This document shows positions 1-13,380 of a DNA stretch of 64,000 nucleotides, in pieces. The stretch covers positions 114,264,188 through 114,328,187 of the forward strand of contig NC_068986.1 in the NCBI RefSeq assembly GCF_001194135.2, read 5' to 3'. Source of the stretch: Octopus bimaculoides (taxonomy: Eukaryota). Position numbers and translations under genes: made by a program. Each line of letters begins with the position of its first letter. The first letter of the stretch is position 1. The notes beneath the pieces were generated by a model. The model had not been told where the DNA came from. It saw only the letters and a list, made by a program, of their open reading frames with translations, and searched no databases.

Positions 1-229
1 TTGAACCAGTGGAAGACACGCAAGATGTCGAAATATTGTTCACGAGATAGCAAATGGCACTCTTCTTTAAATTTTGACTCTATATCTTCAGGAGGAGTTA
101 CCTCAATCCTTTCTATATAAACGAAAATGAAGTAGATTGACAAATTTATTTTTTGAACCAGTGGAAGACACGCAAGATGTCGAAATATTGTTCACGAGAT
201 AGCAAATGGCACTCTTCTTTAAATTTTGA
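1..229 (+). repeat. 152-bp-period direct/tandem repeat (77-bp overlap visible) carrying a hammerhead-like fold
   Basis: 1-77 is repeated exactly at 153-229 (ttgaaccagtggaagacacg...aaattttga); the array ends in (ATT)n and is cut by the window start. Confidence 0.9.
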
Positions 230-279
<50 letters not shown>

Positions 280-756
280 CATACATATACTTTTAAGTTA
301 GCTCCTGTGGAGGGCACTTCATAAGCCTTGAGCCCAGCAATGACACTTCATGCATTGAGTACACAATAAATTTTATTAAGCTTGAACAATATTCTTCAAG
401 CAATGAACAATTTTCATCAAAACAATGATATAATTTGTCGACTTAGTACTTATTGCAAAGCCGCATGATAAAAAACTGTACCACCACATCTGCCATACAC
501 ACACCATTAAGACTTCTGACGGCACCGCCATCAATACCTTTCACTTTGTTGCCTTCCCCTCCACCACCATCACCACTGTCTTTCACATCACTTACTCTCA
601 CCGTCATCCCTAACCGCCTCGACTACCACCACCACCATTATCATCATTGCCTCCGCTTCTATCACAACTACACCTCATACTATTACTGTCACCCCATTAC
701 CATCGTTCAGTATGTTAGCTCAGTATGTTCGTTCAGTGTTCAGTCCCTCTTTCTGT

Positions 757-859
<103 letters not shown>

Positions 860-1094
860 TTGTCTTTCTTTCTCTACCTCTCTTTTTTTTTACTTTCGCT
901 CTTTCTCTGGCTCCGCCACCGCCCTCACCGTCTCTACGCTTACTATTACTCTCACCCGAGTATGAGAAATATTAGAAACGTCAATGAATAGTGAGAGGAG
1001 GGGTCGAACTGTGACACACTGACACGCAGAAATTAGCTTTTGCATTTATTAAATTATATTATATTATATATATGTATTATATCATATCGAGGCG

Positions 1095-1568
1095 ATGTCT
1101 GTCAGTTATCAATTATGGTGGAATGGCCATGCTCAAAGAATGGCCAACGAACGACTACCGAAAACCATCTTCTATACTGAACTGGCAACAAGACATCTGC
1201 AGCATGGAGGACCACAGCTGGAATTCAGAGACGTCCTGAAGTGGAAACTCACATTCTGTGGTACAGAATCAACGGGATTCGAAACTGTGGCGGAGGATAA
1301 GGATAGAGACCAACGGGAAAATCACTGCCGTCCTGGATTGCGAATTATTTAAGTGAGAGAGAAAAGGCAGGAAGCACTAAAGGCGGCCAATAGGCAAGAC
1401 AAGACTAACTACAACCGGTGAAAATGCCATGCAAAGAATGTTACTGAGTGTTTCTAACAAATCTGGGTTTCCGCCGCCAACCGAGAGTCCATGTTAGAAG
1501 GCAAAATGTAAGAAAATGAAGTGAGTGGGATAACATTTTGGGTCGAGAATGCCCACAACGACGATGAC
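1095..1568 (+). mobile_element. RTE-clade LINE 3' fragment (degenerate)
   Basis: ORF 1095-1352 QLWWNGHAQRMANERLPKTIFYTELATRHLQHGGPQLEFRDVLK matches the RTE C-terminal pattern (QLRWAGHVxRMxxxRLPKxxxYGEL...GGQ); ends in short acg/atg repeats. Confidence 0.85.
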
Positions 1569-1914
1569 GGTAAATGCATGCTTGGGTATGCATGTATGTA
1601 TGATGTATGTATGTATGTATGATGTATGTATGATGTATATATGTATGTATGTATGATATATGTATGTATGTATGCATGTATGTATGTATGTATGTATGTA
1701 TGTATGTGTATATGTTTGTATGTATGTATGCGTGCATGTATGTATGAATGTATGTATGTATTATGTAGGAATGTAAGCATGTATGCATAAATATATACAT
1801 GCATGCATATATACATGGGTATGTAAAATTGCGAAAGGTACAGTACATATAAGAAGAAAAGCATAAGAGGCAAGGCCGAGTAATAGTGGTGGTCCTGACC
1901 ATGACTACGTGTTA

Positions 1915-1947
<33 letters not shown>

Positions 1948-2286
1948 AAGGAGGAGGAGGAAGAGGAAGAGGAGGACGACGGTAAAGGTGATGGTGGTTT
2001 TGTTGGATGGTGGGTGATGGGGGTAAGGTTATGTTGATGACGATGATGATGATGAAGGTATAGGAATAGAAATATGAAGATGTATTGATATATGATTACA
2101 CGCGGCTGCACATATTAATAATTAACTAGACTTGTGTATACACAGTTTCCTTTACATCAATACGTGGGTGCGTTTGTGTACGAATANNNNNNNNNNNNNN
2201 NNNNNNNNNNNNNNNNNNNNNNNNNNNNNNNNNNNNNNNNNNNNNNNNNNNNNNNNNNNNNNNNNNNNNNNNNNNNNNNNNNNNNN

Positions 2287-2327
<41 letters not shown>

Positions 2328-2423
2328 TATTTTGTATATGTTAAAAACTATAAAAGGAACTGAATGACCGAAAAAGCAGGTAAGTTGCAGTTGTACCCAT
2401 ATAACAATTTATTATTCAGTTTG

Positions 2424-2858
2424 AGCAAGTGGATTGGCAGAATCATGAGAGTATAGTACAAAATTTTTTACATTCTGAGTTCAAATCCTGCCGACCACAC
2501 TGGGATCGATAAAATAAGTTACCAGGCCAGTTATGGGGCTTATCTAATCGACTAACTCGTCCCCGCAAATTGCTGACCTGGTACTCAAATAAGAAACAAC
2601 AAATACTACTACTACTTGCCTTGTTGCATGTATTATTAATATTATTCATATTATTATTGCGACAGAATCGTTAGCACACCGGGCAAAATGTTAGCGCATT
2701 TCGTCCGTCGTTACATACTAATTTCAAATTCCGTCAAGGTGGACTTTGCTTTTTTATCCTTTCGAGGTCGATAAAATAAGCACCAGTGAAGCACTGGGGT
2801 GCATCTAATTGACTTCGCCTCTGCCCCGAAATTGCTGGCCTTGCGCCAAAATTTGAAA
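2424..2858 (+). mobile_element. Two adjacent degenerate copies of tRNA-headed SINE family A
   Basis: Both share the ggcagaatc...ttctgagttcaaat...gtcgataaaataag core with the near-intact copy at 30566-30797. Confidence 0.8.
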
Positions 2859-3450
2859 TTATTATTATTAGTTGTGTTTAACGAACGTGCGTCTTTGTCT
2901 CTCCGATGGAATTTAAATTTTAGCAACGTTTGCTGAATAAAATTCTTCCTTTTTAGATTTACTTCCAAACAGGGAATTTAAAAACGAACAACGTTTACCC
3001 AGTAACCAGTGAGAACAGAAATAGCTGTTTGTTTACAAATTGTCAAAGAGTTTTTCCCATCGTCTGGGATAGTGGCAAGAAGTAATATCAAAAAGAAGGA
3101 ATTGGCGATCATGACATCGAAATTTGTTGAGAATTATGAAGACAAAAATAAATACTGTAAAAAAATGTCAAACAAAGGAAAAACCTGATAATATTTGAAC
3201 AAATATATGCAATTACAAACATAAACATTGACACTTTCGAATATAAACAGAAAAACACGAACGAATATTTTTCTTATAGTCAAAACAAAGACAATTTTCA
3301 CCGGGTAGACAACAAAAATGGTTTTACTGATGTTTTAAGCTGAAAAGAGGTTTTCAATGCCAGACGGTGCTCCTCACACACCACATATCTTCGTGTGTGT
3401 GTGTGTGTATACACAAACGCGCACACACACATACACAAATATATATGTAA

Positions 3451-3482
<32 letters not shown>

Positions 3483-4602
3483 NNNNNNNNNNNNNNNNNN
3501 NNNNNNNNNNNNNNNNNNNNNNNNNNNNNNNNNNNNNNNNNNNNNNNNNNNNNNNNNNNNNNNNNNNNNNNNNNNNNNNNNNNNNNNNNNNNNNNNNNNN
3601 NNNNNNNNNNNNNNNNNNNNNNNNNNNNNNNNNNNNNNNNNNNNNNNNNNNNNNNNNNNNNNNNNNNNNNNNNNNNNNNNNNNNNNNNNNNNNNNNNNNN
3701 NNNNNNNNNNNNNNNNNNNNNNNNNNNNNNNNNNNNNNNNNNNNNNNNNNNNNNNNNNNNNNNNNNNNNNNNNNNNNNNNNNNNNNNNNNNNNNNNNNNN
3801 NNNNNNNNNNNNNNNNNNNNNNNNNNNNNNNNNNNNNNNNNNNNNNNNNNNNNNNNNNNNNNNNNNNNNNNNNNNNNNNNNNNNNNNNNNNNNNNNNNNN
3901 NNNNNNNNNNNNNNNNNNNNNNNNNNNNNNNNNNNNNNNNNNNNNNNNNNNNNNNNNNNNNNNNNNNNNNNNNNNNNNNNNNNNNNNNNNNNNNNNNNNN
4001 NNNNNNNNNNNNNNNNNNNNNNNNNNNNNNNNNNNNNNNNNNNNNNNNNNNNNNNNNNNNNNNNNNNNNNNNNNNNNNNNNNNNNNNNNNNNNNNNNNNN
4101 NNNNNNNNNNNNNNNNNNNNNNNNNNNNNNNNNNNNNNNNNNNNNNNNNNNNNNNNNNNNNNNNNNNNNNNNNNNNNNNNNNNNNNNNNNNNNNNNNNNN
4201 NNNNNNNNNNNNNNNNNNNNNNNNNNNNNNNNNNNNNNNNNNNNNNNNNNNNNNNNNNNNNNNNNNNNNNNNNNNNNNNNNNNNNNNNNNNNNNNNNNNN
4301 NNNNNNNNNNNNNNNNNNNNNNNNNNNNNNNNNNNNNNNNNNNNNNNNNNNNNNNNNNNNNNNNNNNNNNNNNNNNNNNNNNNNNNNNNNNNNNNNNNNN
4401 NNNNNNNNNNNNNNNNNNNNNNNNNNACGATGCACACACACACACACACACACACACAAAGCTTATATAATTTCTTTTCTAGTATCTTTCATCTTCTTTC
4501 TTACTTTGATAAATGGTTCGTACAAAACGTCGGTCTTTTAGTAATTGTAGTGGTAGTAGTAGTTGTAGTAGTAGTATTAGCAGCAGCAGTAGTAGTAGTA
4601 GC

Positions 4603-4666
<64 letters not shown>

Positions 4667-5907
4667 AGGTGGTGGATTGGGGAGACTATAGTGTCGGACA
4701 AAATGCCTCACAACATTTAAGTTTTGGAATTTTGCTTATGTAAACGTAAACATTATTAGTACTTGCATACAAAAAGCATTCGGAACATTTCACTGTTGTG
4801 TGAAGAACTGGTTTAGAGAGCCATGGATTTCTTGTAGCCCTTCCAACAACAGTCTTTCAGGTTCTGCAGAAATATCATCATTGCTGCTTTGCTTGCTCAA
4901 GGTCGTAAAGGAGAACGACAAGGTTAACAGTTCAAGATAGACGAAGAGCTCTTTATCAATATAAATATAAACACGTCTCAAAGTATTTTGGTTCAAGTAG
5001 CCCTTAGACAGGGCTCAAATATTGAGTGTAAGAAATGCCCAGGATAAATAAGATTTTTTTTTTAAATACTGTTCGCATGTCCAAATTTGGCCAAATGCGT
5101 TTTCTTTTTTTTTTTTCAATATTTATTTTTGCTTGCAATAGCCGGTACTTTTGGTCAAACTATCGTATCTCCAGCTGCTTCAGATGCCAAGATATAGAAA
5201 ATTATCAAAATGTAGTACAACGGTTTTGCTATGGAATGGTGAAACTACTTTTTCGTTTTCTGAAAAAGCAACGTTTGGACTTACAACACATTTGCATAAT
5301 AGCAACGAGTTATTCTTACATCATTTTAGTGGACGGTAAAGTGTAGAATCGGTTACTGTCAATGACCTCTCACGACTAGATTTAAAGCGGCTACAAAAAT
5401 GTAAACCTCTGCAACTTCTCCTTGAATTCACTTGACTTCTTCCTTTGTGGATCTATTCTACAAAAGGTTGATTAGAACGAGATAACGGAACACTTAACTA
5501 TAAAACCAAACAACAAACAAAAAAAACGAGAAAAAAGCCATGTTCTTTCCCGAAAGAAGCAATGCCAGACTTAGATGAAACAAACAGTAATTTCTCATTA
5601 AAATCCTGACAAGAGTGCGAGATTAGTGGAGTACTTAGTCTGGGCAATTATCCAAGTGGGGTTTTAGAAAAGACCAGCTCTAACTGAACAACAAATGTTG
5701 ATAGAGCCAATAAATATATAGATTGTCAATAAATCTGGTTTTGAGCCTCACTAAACAATTCCAGACTCACTTGGCGTTTGCTCAACTCAGAGGTCATGTA
5801 CATGGCTCTACGTCTGCATGTATGTGTGTATGCATGTACGTATATACGTATATATATGTATGCATATATGTAAGTATACATATATATATATATGAATATA
5901 TATACAC

Positions 5908-6013
<106 letters not shown>

Positions 6014-6023
6014 NNNNNNNNNN

Positions 6024-6089
<66 letters not shown>

Positions 6090-6093
6090 ATAC

Positions 6094-6124
<31 letters not shown>

Positions 6125-6220
6125 TAATTTATTCAAATACTTATATACAAGCACACACACACGTATGTAAAAGTAGTTATATACATGTGAATGTATGGTT
6201 GCTTGTATGTGTATGCATGC

Positions 6221-6262
<42 letters not shown>

Positions 6263-6272
6263 NNNNNNNNNN

Positions 6273-6309
<37 letters not shown>

Positions 6310-6556
6310 ATAAACATACACATACAAATATATATATATACACACACATACAAAGTACACTCCTCCCACTCCACCACACACACACGTGTGTGTGTGTGTA
6401 TTTCACATTACATATAAACATGTAAATGTAAGCATACATGTATTGATAAACACATATATATATATAAATATATATATACGTAAGTATATATATATTTGTG
6501 TGTGTTTGTATGTGTATGTGTGCATTTGTGTGTGTGTGCATATATAATTGTGTGTG

Positions 6557-6589
<33 letters not shown>

Positions 6590-6679
6590 ATGTATATATA
6601 TATATATATACAAATATATACTTGCATATGTATATATATATATGTGTATATATTTTGATATAATTAGAGAAAGAGGTAC

Positions 6680-6737
<58 letters not shown>

Positions 6738-7266
6738 TGATTGATTGATTGATTGATTGCTATCCATATTTCATTGAGGTTGACGTAGTGTAAACCTTTC
6801 TGGCCAACAACTCGTCACAGTTTGATTGCACAGCTATATACATGGCGATAAATACGAGATAAATACAGGTATTTTAGCCGTACATATGCATATATAAGCA
6901 CAACACAGACACACACGCACACACACACAGAGACATACACGCGTAAACATGTGCGTGTTTATTTCAGCATCTTACAAAAATCTACTGACCCGTAACCCGG
7001 ACATATAAATACGTGCGTATATGCAAGTATGTGCATGCGTTTATGTGTACATGCATGCTTATACCGATATATGTGTGTGTGTGTACAGGATATGAGAGGT
7101 ATTGATGTGAAGAAGGCCCAAAGGTGTCAGATTAGTAAGTGCTATGGAGGGACTATAGACAAGCTCCAGTTTCGATAATGATACGAATGTAGGTCGTGTC
7201 TGTGTGTGTGTGTGTGTGTATATATACAGAGAGAGATAATATATATATGGGGAGAGAGAGAGAGGT

Positions 7267-7425
7267 GAGGCGCAGACATAGCCGTATTGTAAGAAATTTG
7301 CTTCTCAACCACATGGTTGTGAGTCCAGTCAGACTTCATGGAACATGGGGTATCTTCCACCATAGTCTCGGACCGACCAAAGCTTTGTGAGTGGATTTGG
7401 TAGACGGAAGCTGAAAGAAGCTTGT
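7267..7425 (+). mobile_element. tRNA-headed SINE family B
   Basis: ggcgcag...cacatggtt...ttcagtc...ccaaagccttgtgagtggatttggtagacggaa, homologous to 15838, 49606 and 53001. Confidence 0.85.
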
Positions 7426-8089
7426 ATACACATACACACACACACACACACAAACATATACAGATATATATATANNNNNNNNNNCTTGAGTTGAACAGAA
7501 TAAATCACTCCAAATCGTTGTTATTGTCTTTGTGGAAACGGAGTCAGGACTGGTCAGCTTCTATTGGCGCAAACTCGTTGAATGTATAATAATGAAGTGA
7601 AACCAAGTAATGATATTTTGAACGCATTTAATGTCTATGTTTCAGATCATTGCGCTAGAGATGAAAAAAAAAATCATTTTGGTTTAGACTTCTTAATGGA
7701 ACCTACAAGGTAATGTTCAGAATTTGGTCAAGAACGTTTTCATATCTAATGAATAAAAGTGTTCGATAATGAAAGTAAATTGTATCCTCCTTTTAACGCC
7801 CACTTTTCCATGCTTGCATGTGTCAGACAATTCGGTAAGGCAGACTTTCTACAGATGGATGCATTTTTGTTGGCATCCCTCACCTGTTGCAATCAAGTAA
7901 TATTCCCTCCTGACCAGACATGTTTTCCCAGAATATTGGAAACAATGACGTCTTGCATGGCTGACATTTACAGCAATCATGTGACAAGCACATGCACCTG
8001 TGTATAAGCAAACGCTTCTGAAGGAGCTGGTTTCTAACAACGATAAAATGCTCCATCTTTGGAATGTACATAACGAAAACAATATCACA

Positions 8090-8468
8090 TTATAAGCCCT
8101 GCATAGTTTTATTGTTCTGCTTAAAGATTGTACTCATAATGCGCGAATCAGTTGGTTGATTTCTTTTTCTGAAAACCCTAGCTTATCCAGACTGAGTTAG
8201 GCATTTACTTACAAAATGTAAATTTTTAATCCGGAGAAGCGGTTGTCCATAGTTATCTTCTTTCTCTTTGATTTCAAAAGAGATATTCACATCATCATAG
8301 CAGCTGACTTCTATGACCGTACATACTTTTTCTTGTCCATCCCAAACAACAGTGACCAACCTATTATGCTCATACTTGACAGATGTTTTAATGGGAAATG
8401 TTCCACCAGTATTCCTTATGCTGGTATTCAATGACAGAGGGATTCTCTATATTTTTTCCAGAACAGTC
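8090..8468 (-). mobile_element. R4/Dong-type LINE C-terminal RLE endonuclease fragment
   Basis: VTVVWDGQEKVCTVIEVSCYDDVNISFEIKEKEDNYGQPL resembles the RLE PD-(D/E)xK region; continues LDKLGFSEKEINQLIRAL. Confidence 0.75.
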
Positions 8469-8742
8469 TNNNNNNNNNNNNNNNNNNNNNNNNNNNNNNN
8501 NNNNNNNNNNNNNNNNNNNNNNNNNNNNNNNNNNNNNNNNNNNNNNNNNNNNNNNNNNNNNNNNNNNNNNNNNNNNGCATTTTGAAACACCAAAGGCCTT
8601 GCTGTCTCTTTTGAGAGATAATTATATGTATGTATGTACGTACGTATGTATGTATGTATGTATGTATGTATGTATACATATACATGTGTGTATGTATGTA
8701 TGTGTATATATATGTATATATATATATGTATGTATGTATGTG

Positions 8743-8856
<114 letters not shown>

Positions 8857-8879
8857 CGTGTTTGTACAGCTGGCAGGAC

Positions 8880-9012
8880 TACAGTTCCCGTCTACCGAAT
8901 CAACTTTGGTCACCCCGGGGACTATACCGGAGGACCTTTACCCACTATGGAACTGAAACCAAAATCACATGGTTGGGGAGGGAACTTCTTAACCACAAAA
9001 CCCTGCCTGCAC
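8880..9012 (-). mobile_element. SINE family B, degenerate
   Basis: Reverse complement of the B head (cacatggttggggagggaacttcttaaccac). Confidence 0.7.
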
Positions 9013-9359
9013 CTATAAATCATGGAATATTTTGAGTGAATGCAAATGAGTAAGATTTCTATATTGTGTCCAGTTGTTAAAGAATAAGTATTACCAAACT
9101 TTACTGCATGGGCATGTGTGTGTGTGGTGTGTGTGCATGTGTGTATAGGTGTCTGTATAAAGAGAGAGAGGGGAATACGTACGTATATTTTGATTATGTT
9201 TATCATCATTACTATTAGTAGTATTAATATTAAGTCTCAGTCAACTCGGGTTTGTAATGAATTTAATTCTGCTGTCAGTACTAAGTCACCACATCAGAAA
9301 ATGTCTCCTTGTTATTCTAGCTATAATAACATCAATTTAACATGTGTGTGTGAGAGTGC

Positions 9360-9421
<62 letters not shown>

Positions 9422-9793
9422 NNNNNNNNNNNNNNNNNNNNNNNNNNNNNNNNNNNNNNNNNNNNNNNNNNNNNNNNNNNNNNNNNNNNNNNNNNNNNNN
9501 NNNNNNNNNNNNNNNNNNNNNNNNNNNNNNNNNNNNNNNNNNNNNNNNNNNNNNNNNNNNNNNNNNNNNNNNNNNNNNNNNNNNNNNNNNNNNNNNNNNN
9601 NNNNNNNNNNNNNNNNNNNNNNNNNNNNNNNNNNNNNNNNNNNNNNNNNNNNNNNNNNNNNNNNNNNNNNNNNNNNNNNNNNNNNNNNNNNNNNNNNNNN
9701 NNNNNNNNNNNNNNNNNNNNNNNNNNNNNNNNNNNNNNNNNNNNNNNNNNNNNNNNNNNNNNNNNNNNNNNNNNNNNNNNNNNNNNNNNNNNN

Positions 9794-9936
9794 TATAGTT
9801 TAACACACCGGTAAAATTTCTTGCAACTTTTTCAATAGTCTTGACTATTGAAAAGGTTATAAGACGCAACGAAAATTTTATGAAAATAAAAATATAGAAT
9901 AAGTGTAAATTTTACCGGTTAGTGTGTTAAATTGTA
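9794..9936. mobile_element. Small MITE-like element with terminal inverted repeats and an internal hairpin
   Basis: tttaacacac(taa)cggtaaaattt is inverted at both ends; perfect 12-bp hairpin ttttcaatagtc-tt-gactattgaaaa at 9829-9854. Confidence 0.6.
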
Positions 9937-12025
9937 AGGCAAAAAAAGAAAATGACTCTCCCCAGACACGGCAGAATATATATATATAATATACACTCAT
10001 AAAAATGTAAATAACTTTTTGAAATCTACAACAGCTGTTTCGTCATCGTCGTTGAGAGCATAAGTTTACAGAGGTAGGCCGACTTTTACTTTAGTCACAA
10101 AGTAGCAATGAGAGACAGGTCAGATACGGTCCTATTTCTCTCCGCTGAGAAGCAGAACTGAGGTCTAGGCTGTGGTTTTTCGTTGCACATTTGTTCTCAT
10201 TTCTATTTATTTATTTATTTTTCGAAAATTACATCTAATACTGTCTGCATTTTCTGAAGTCTTCTCTTCCGAAACAATCCGCTGTGCCAGGATATCAGGC
10301 TCAGAAATTCTCTTGGCCTTGCTACTGAGTTCCCATCAATAAATACTTATAGTTTTGAAAAAATTGGATTCTCCATGTTTCTTTGTTGAAAAATTACTTT
10401 TTTTACCAACATACATTTGAACGTCTCTCTCATTCATCTAGCAAAGAAAAATAACGGCCAACCTTAGAAATCTTCATTGTATGCAAACATCTCTGCAAAT
10501 ATCCATTTTGTTTCGTTTATATGTTGTTCAATACGTAGTAGTAGGACCAATGACAAAACAGGCTTCTGTCATGCATTTTATATATTTCTAAAACATTAAT
10601 TTACTCGTAACTTTATATGACCCTTCTTAGGAAGCAAGGACAGGAGGCACTGGCACCAACAGTTTTCATCTGTGGTGGTCATGGACTAGACTGAAAGGTT
10701 TGAGGACAGTCATTTCATAAATTAGTCAAACATTCTTCAACGTTTTCAAATTTTCATTTGGTAAGGAAGGTGCCGCCATCCAGAAAGTTCGTTGACTGGT
10801 GATTGAAATTGACGATTATGTATCTAGCAAACGGCTCTGTTCTCAATATGAGCCTGGGGGTCAGAGATTGACAACTGGAAGAGAGAATTTGCCCTTGTCA
10901 GCCACAGTAGTCCTTCAATAGTTATGTGGCTGGTTGTCTCAGGAGATATGTTTCTGCTTGTTATTTTTTATTTCAATATCTTCTTTCGTTGTTTTCCATT
11001 TTTACTGAATCTGAACACGCTCTCGTTTTCACACACACGCATACACACACATAGGCGCGCACCCACATATATATACACATAGAGAGAGAGAGACAGACAG
11101 AGAGAGACAGAGAGAGAGGGAGAGAGAGACAGACAGACATACAGACAGACAGACAGAAACAGACAGACAGAAACAGACAGACAGAAATAAAAAGGAAGGA
11201 AGAAAATTCCGACCAAGTATTCATATTAATCCAGTTATGTACATATATATATATATATATATATATACACGCACACACACACACACACACAAATACCGAA
11301 ATATATATAAATAATTTCACCAACAATAACAACAAAAATAGAGAAACAGAAAGATCAGAAAAATATTTTAAACCTAAAAAACAACAACATAACAATCCAT
11401 ATTAAACATAATCAACAGACATATTTGGAACCTGACGACCTTCATGTTCAGCGTCTGTAAAAAGCCACCACTTAGATGCCGTGGTATTCATGATCATCTT
11501 TATTTATTTATATATTTATCTATCAAATAATTTATTTTTTGACATCGTATTTACCGCAGTACTCCTGATAAGAAGCTACTTCTTCTGAGGAAGAAACTAA
11601 CTCGATATTGAGTAAACACATTTGTTCCGAACAAACAGATGAATAAAGAAGAAAACACATAAAAGACAACAAATACTACAACAACAAAAAATACACCCCT
11701 CAGCAAAAGCAACAACAACAACGACAGAAAGTACATCAACGATAGTAATAATAATACAGAAATAAGATCTGAGAGAATGGGGAAAAAAACGAATGTACGC
11801 ATGTACGAGTGAGCGCGCTAAAAATTTCCTACGTGTGTATTACGTATATATGCGTATGCAGCTACGTAGATAGACAGACAGATAGACTGGCAGATGGATA
11901 GACAGGCAGACAGATAAACTGGCAGACAGACAGACAGACCGGCAGGCAGACAGGCAGGCAGATAAACAGACAGATCGACAAACATAATTACACAATAGAT
12001 AGATAGAAATAATATATATATATAC

Positions 12026-12065
<40 letters not shown>

Positions 12066-12107
12066 NNNNNNNNNNNNNNNNNNNNNNNNNNNNNNNNNNN
12101 NNNNNNN

Positions 12108-12164
<57 letters not shown>

Positions 12165-12469
12165 TATGTATGTGTGTATGTATATGTGTGTGTATGTGTG
12201 TGTATACACTGAGTTACAGAGATGTATACACGCAAACACACGCGCACACACACACATTGACATACAGAGAAAAAAAACAGAGACAGTGAAATAAAGCAAA
12301 GAAGCATGTATTCTTGTTGTTGTTGCTGTTGTTGTTGTATTAGAGACGGTTTAAGTGTAAACTTTTCATTTCATTATTTACCCACCGACTTGATTTCGAA
12401 ACCACCAGTAGTTGTAGTAGTAGCAGCAGCAGTAGCAATGGTTTCTAACATTCTAACATATGCACAAGG

Positions 12470-12512
<43 letters not shown>

Positions 12513-12757
12513 ATTTAAAATGGGTGTATAATAGTATATATCTGAAAGAGAGAGATGAGATGGTAATAAGCATGTGTGTGTGTGTGCGCGTGCGTGAACA
12601 ATGGCCGGATTATAGTCGAATAGACCTTGTCCCACGTAGTTGACTGGTACATTATTTTAACGATCTCGAAAAGTGTTTTTTTTTTCTTTTTAGCAGACAA
12701 CCTACGTAAAGAACAACAGATAACAACTTTCGTTCCGAATATTAACAACGAACCGGA

Positions 12758-13380
12758 CGATAGATTGGTAGAATCGTTAGAGTATCGAGAAAATACCAGG
12801 AGGTTTTTCTCTTCCGTCTCAACTGTTCTGTCCTGAGTTCAGATCTACCGAGATGAACTTTATCTTTCATCCGTCCACAATAAATAAATTACCACTTAAA
12901 TAGTAGGGTCGACTAATGACCCCTGCTTTAGAAAATGTTGGCCGTGCGCCACAATGAGAAACCATTGTTTAGGGCGGAGGACTGGCAGAATAGTCAGAGC
13001 GTCGGATAAAATGCTAACGGTATTTCTTCTGGCTTTTCACGTTCTGGTTTCCAATCTCACTGAGGTCAACTTCGTCTTTCTTCCCTTCAAGGTTGATAAA
13101 ATAAATTAACTGTCAAGTGCCAAGACCGATACGATCTACAGTCTTTTTGCCTTCAAATTTCTGACATTCATCCTAAATTAGAACGATCATCATTATCATC
13201 ATCGTCTTTGTTCTTCGCAGTTCGTTCCGGGTTTTCATGTTCTGAATTTAAATTCTGCCGAGGTCAAGTCTGCTTGTCATCCTTTCAGTGTTGATAAAAT
13301 ATAGCACCAGTCATATACATGGGTCTTATGTACTCTAGTCGACTAACCTCCCTCCCCTCAAAATTGTTGGCCTCTTGTTT
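12758..13380 (+). mobile_element. Three consecutive SINE family A copies
   Basis: Heads at about 12758, 12972 and 13215, each with a ttctg(a/g)gtt...gagg...ctttcatcc...gataaaat-like core. Confidence 0.75.

Noticed and set aside
4790-4996. 68-aa minus-strand ORF with protein-like composition
   Set aside because: No recognisable homology and no clear splice acceptor.
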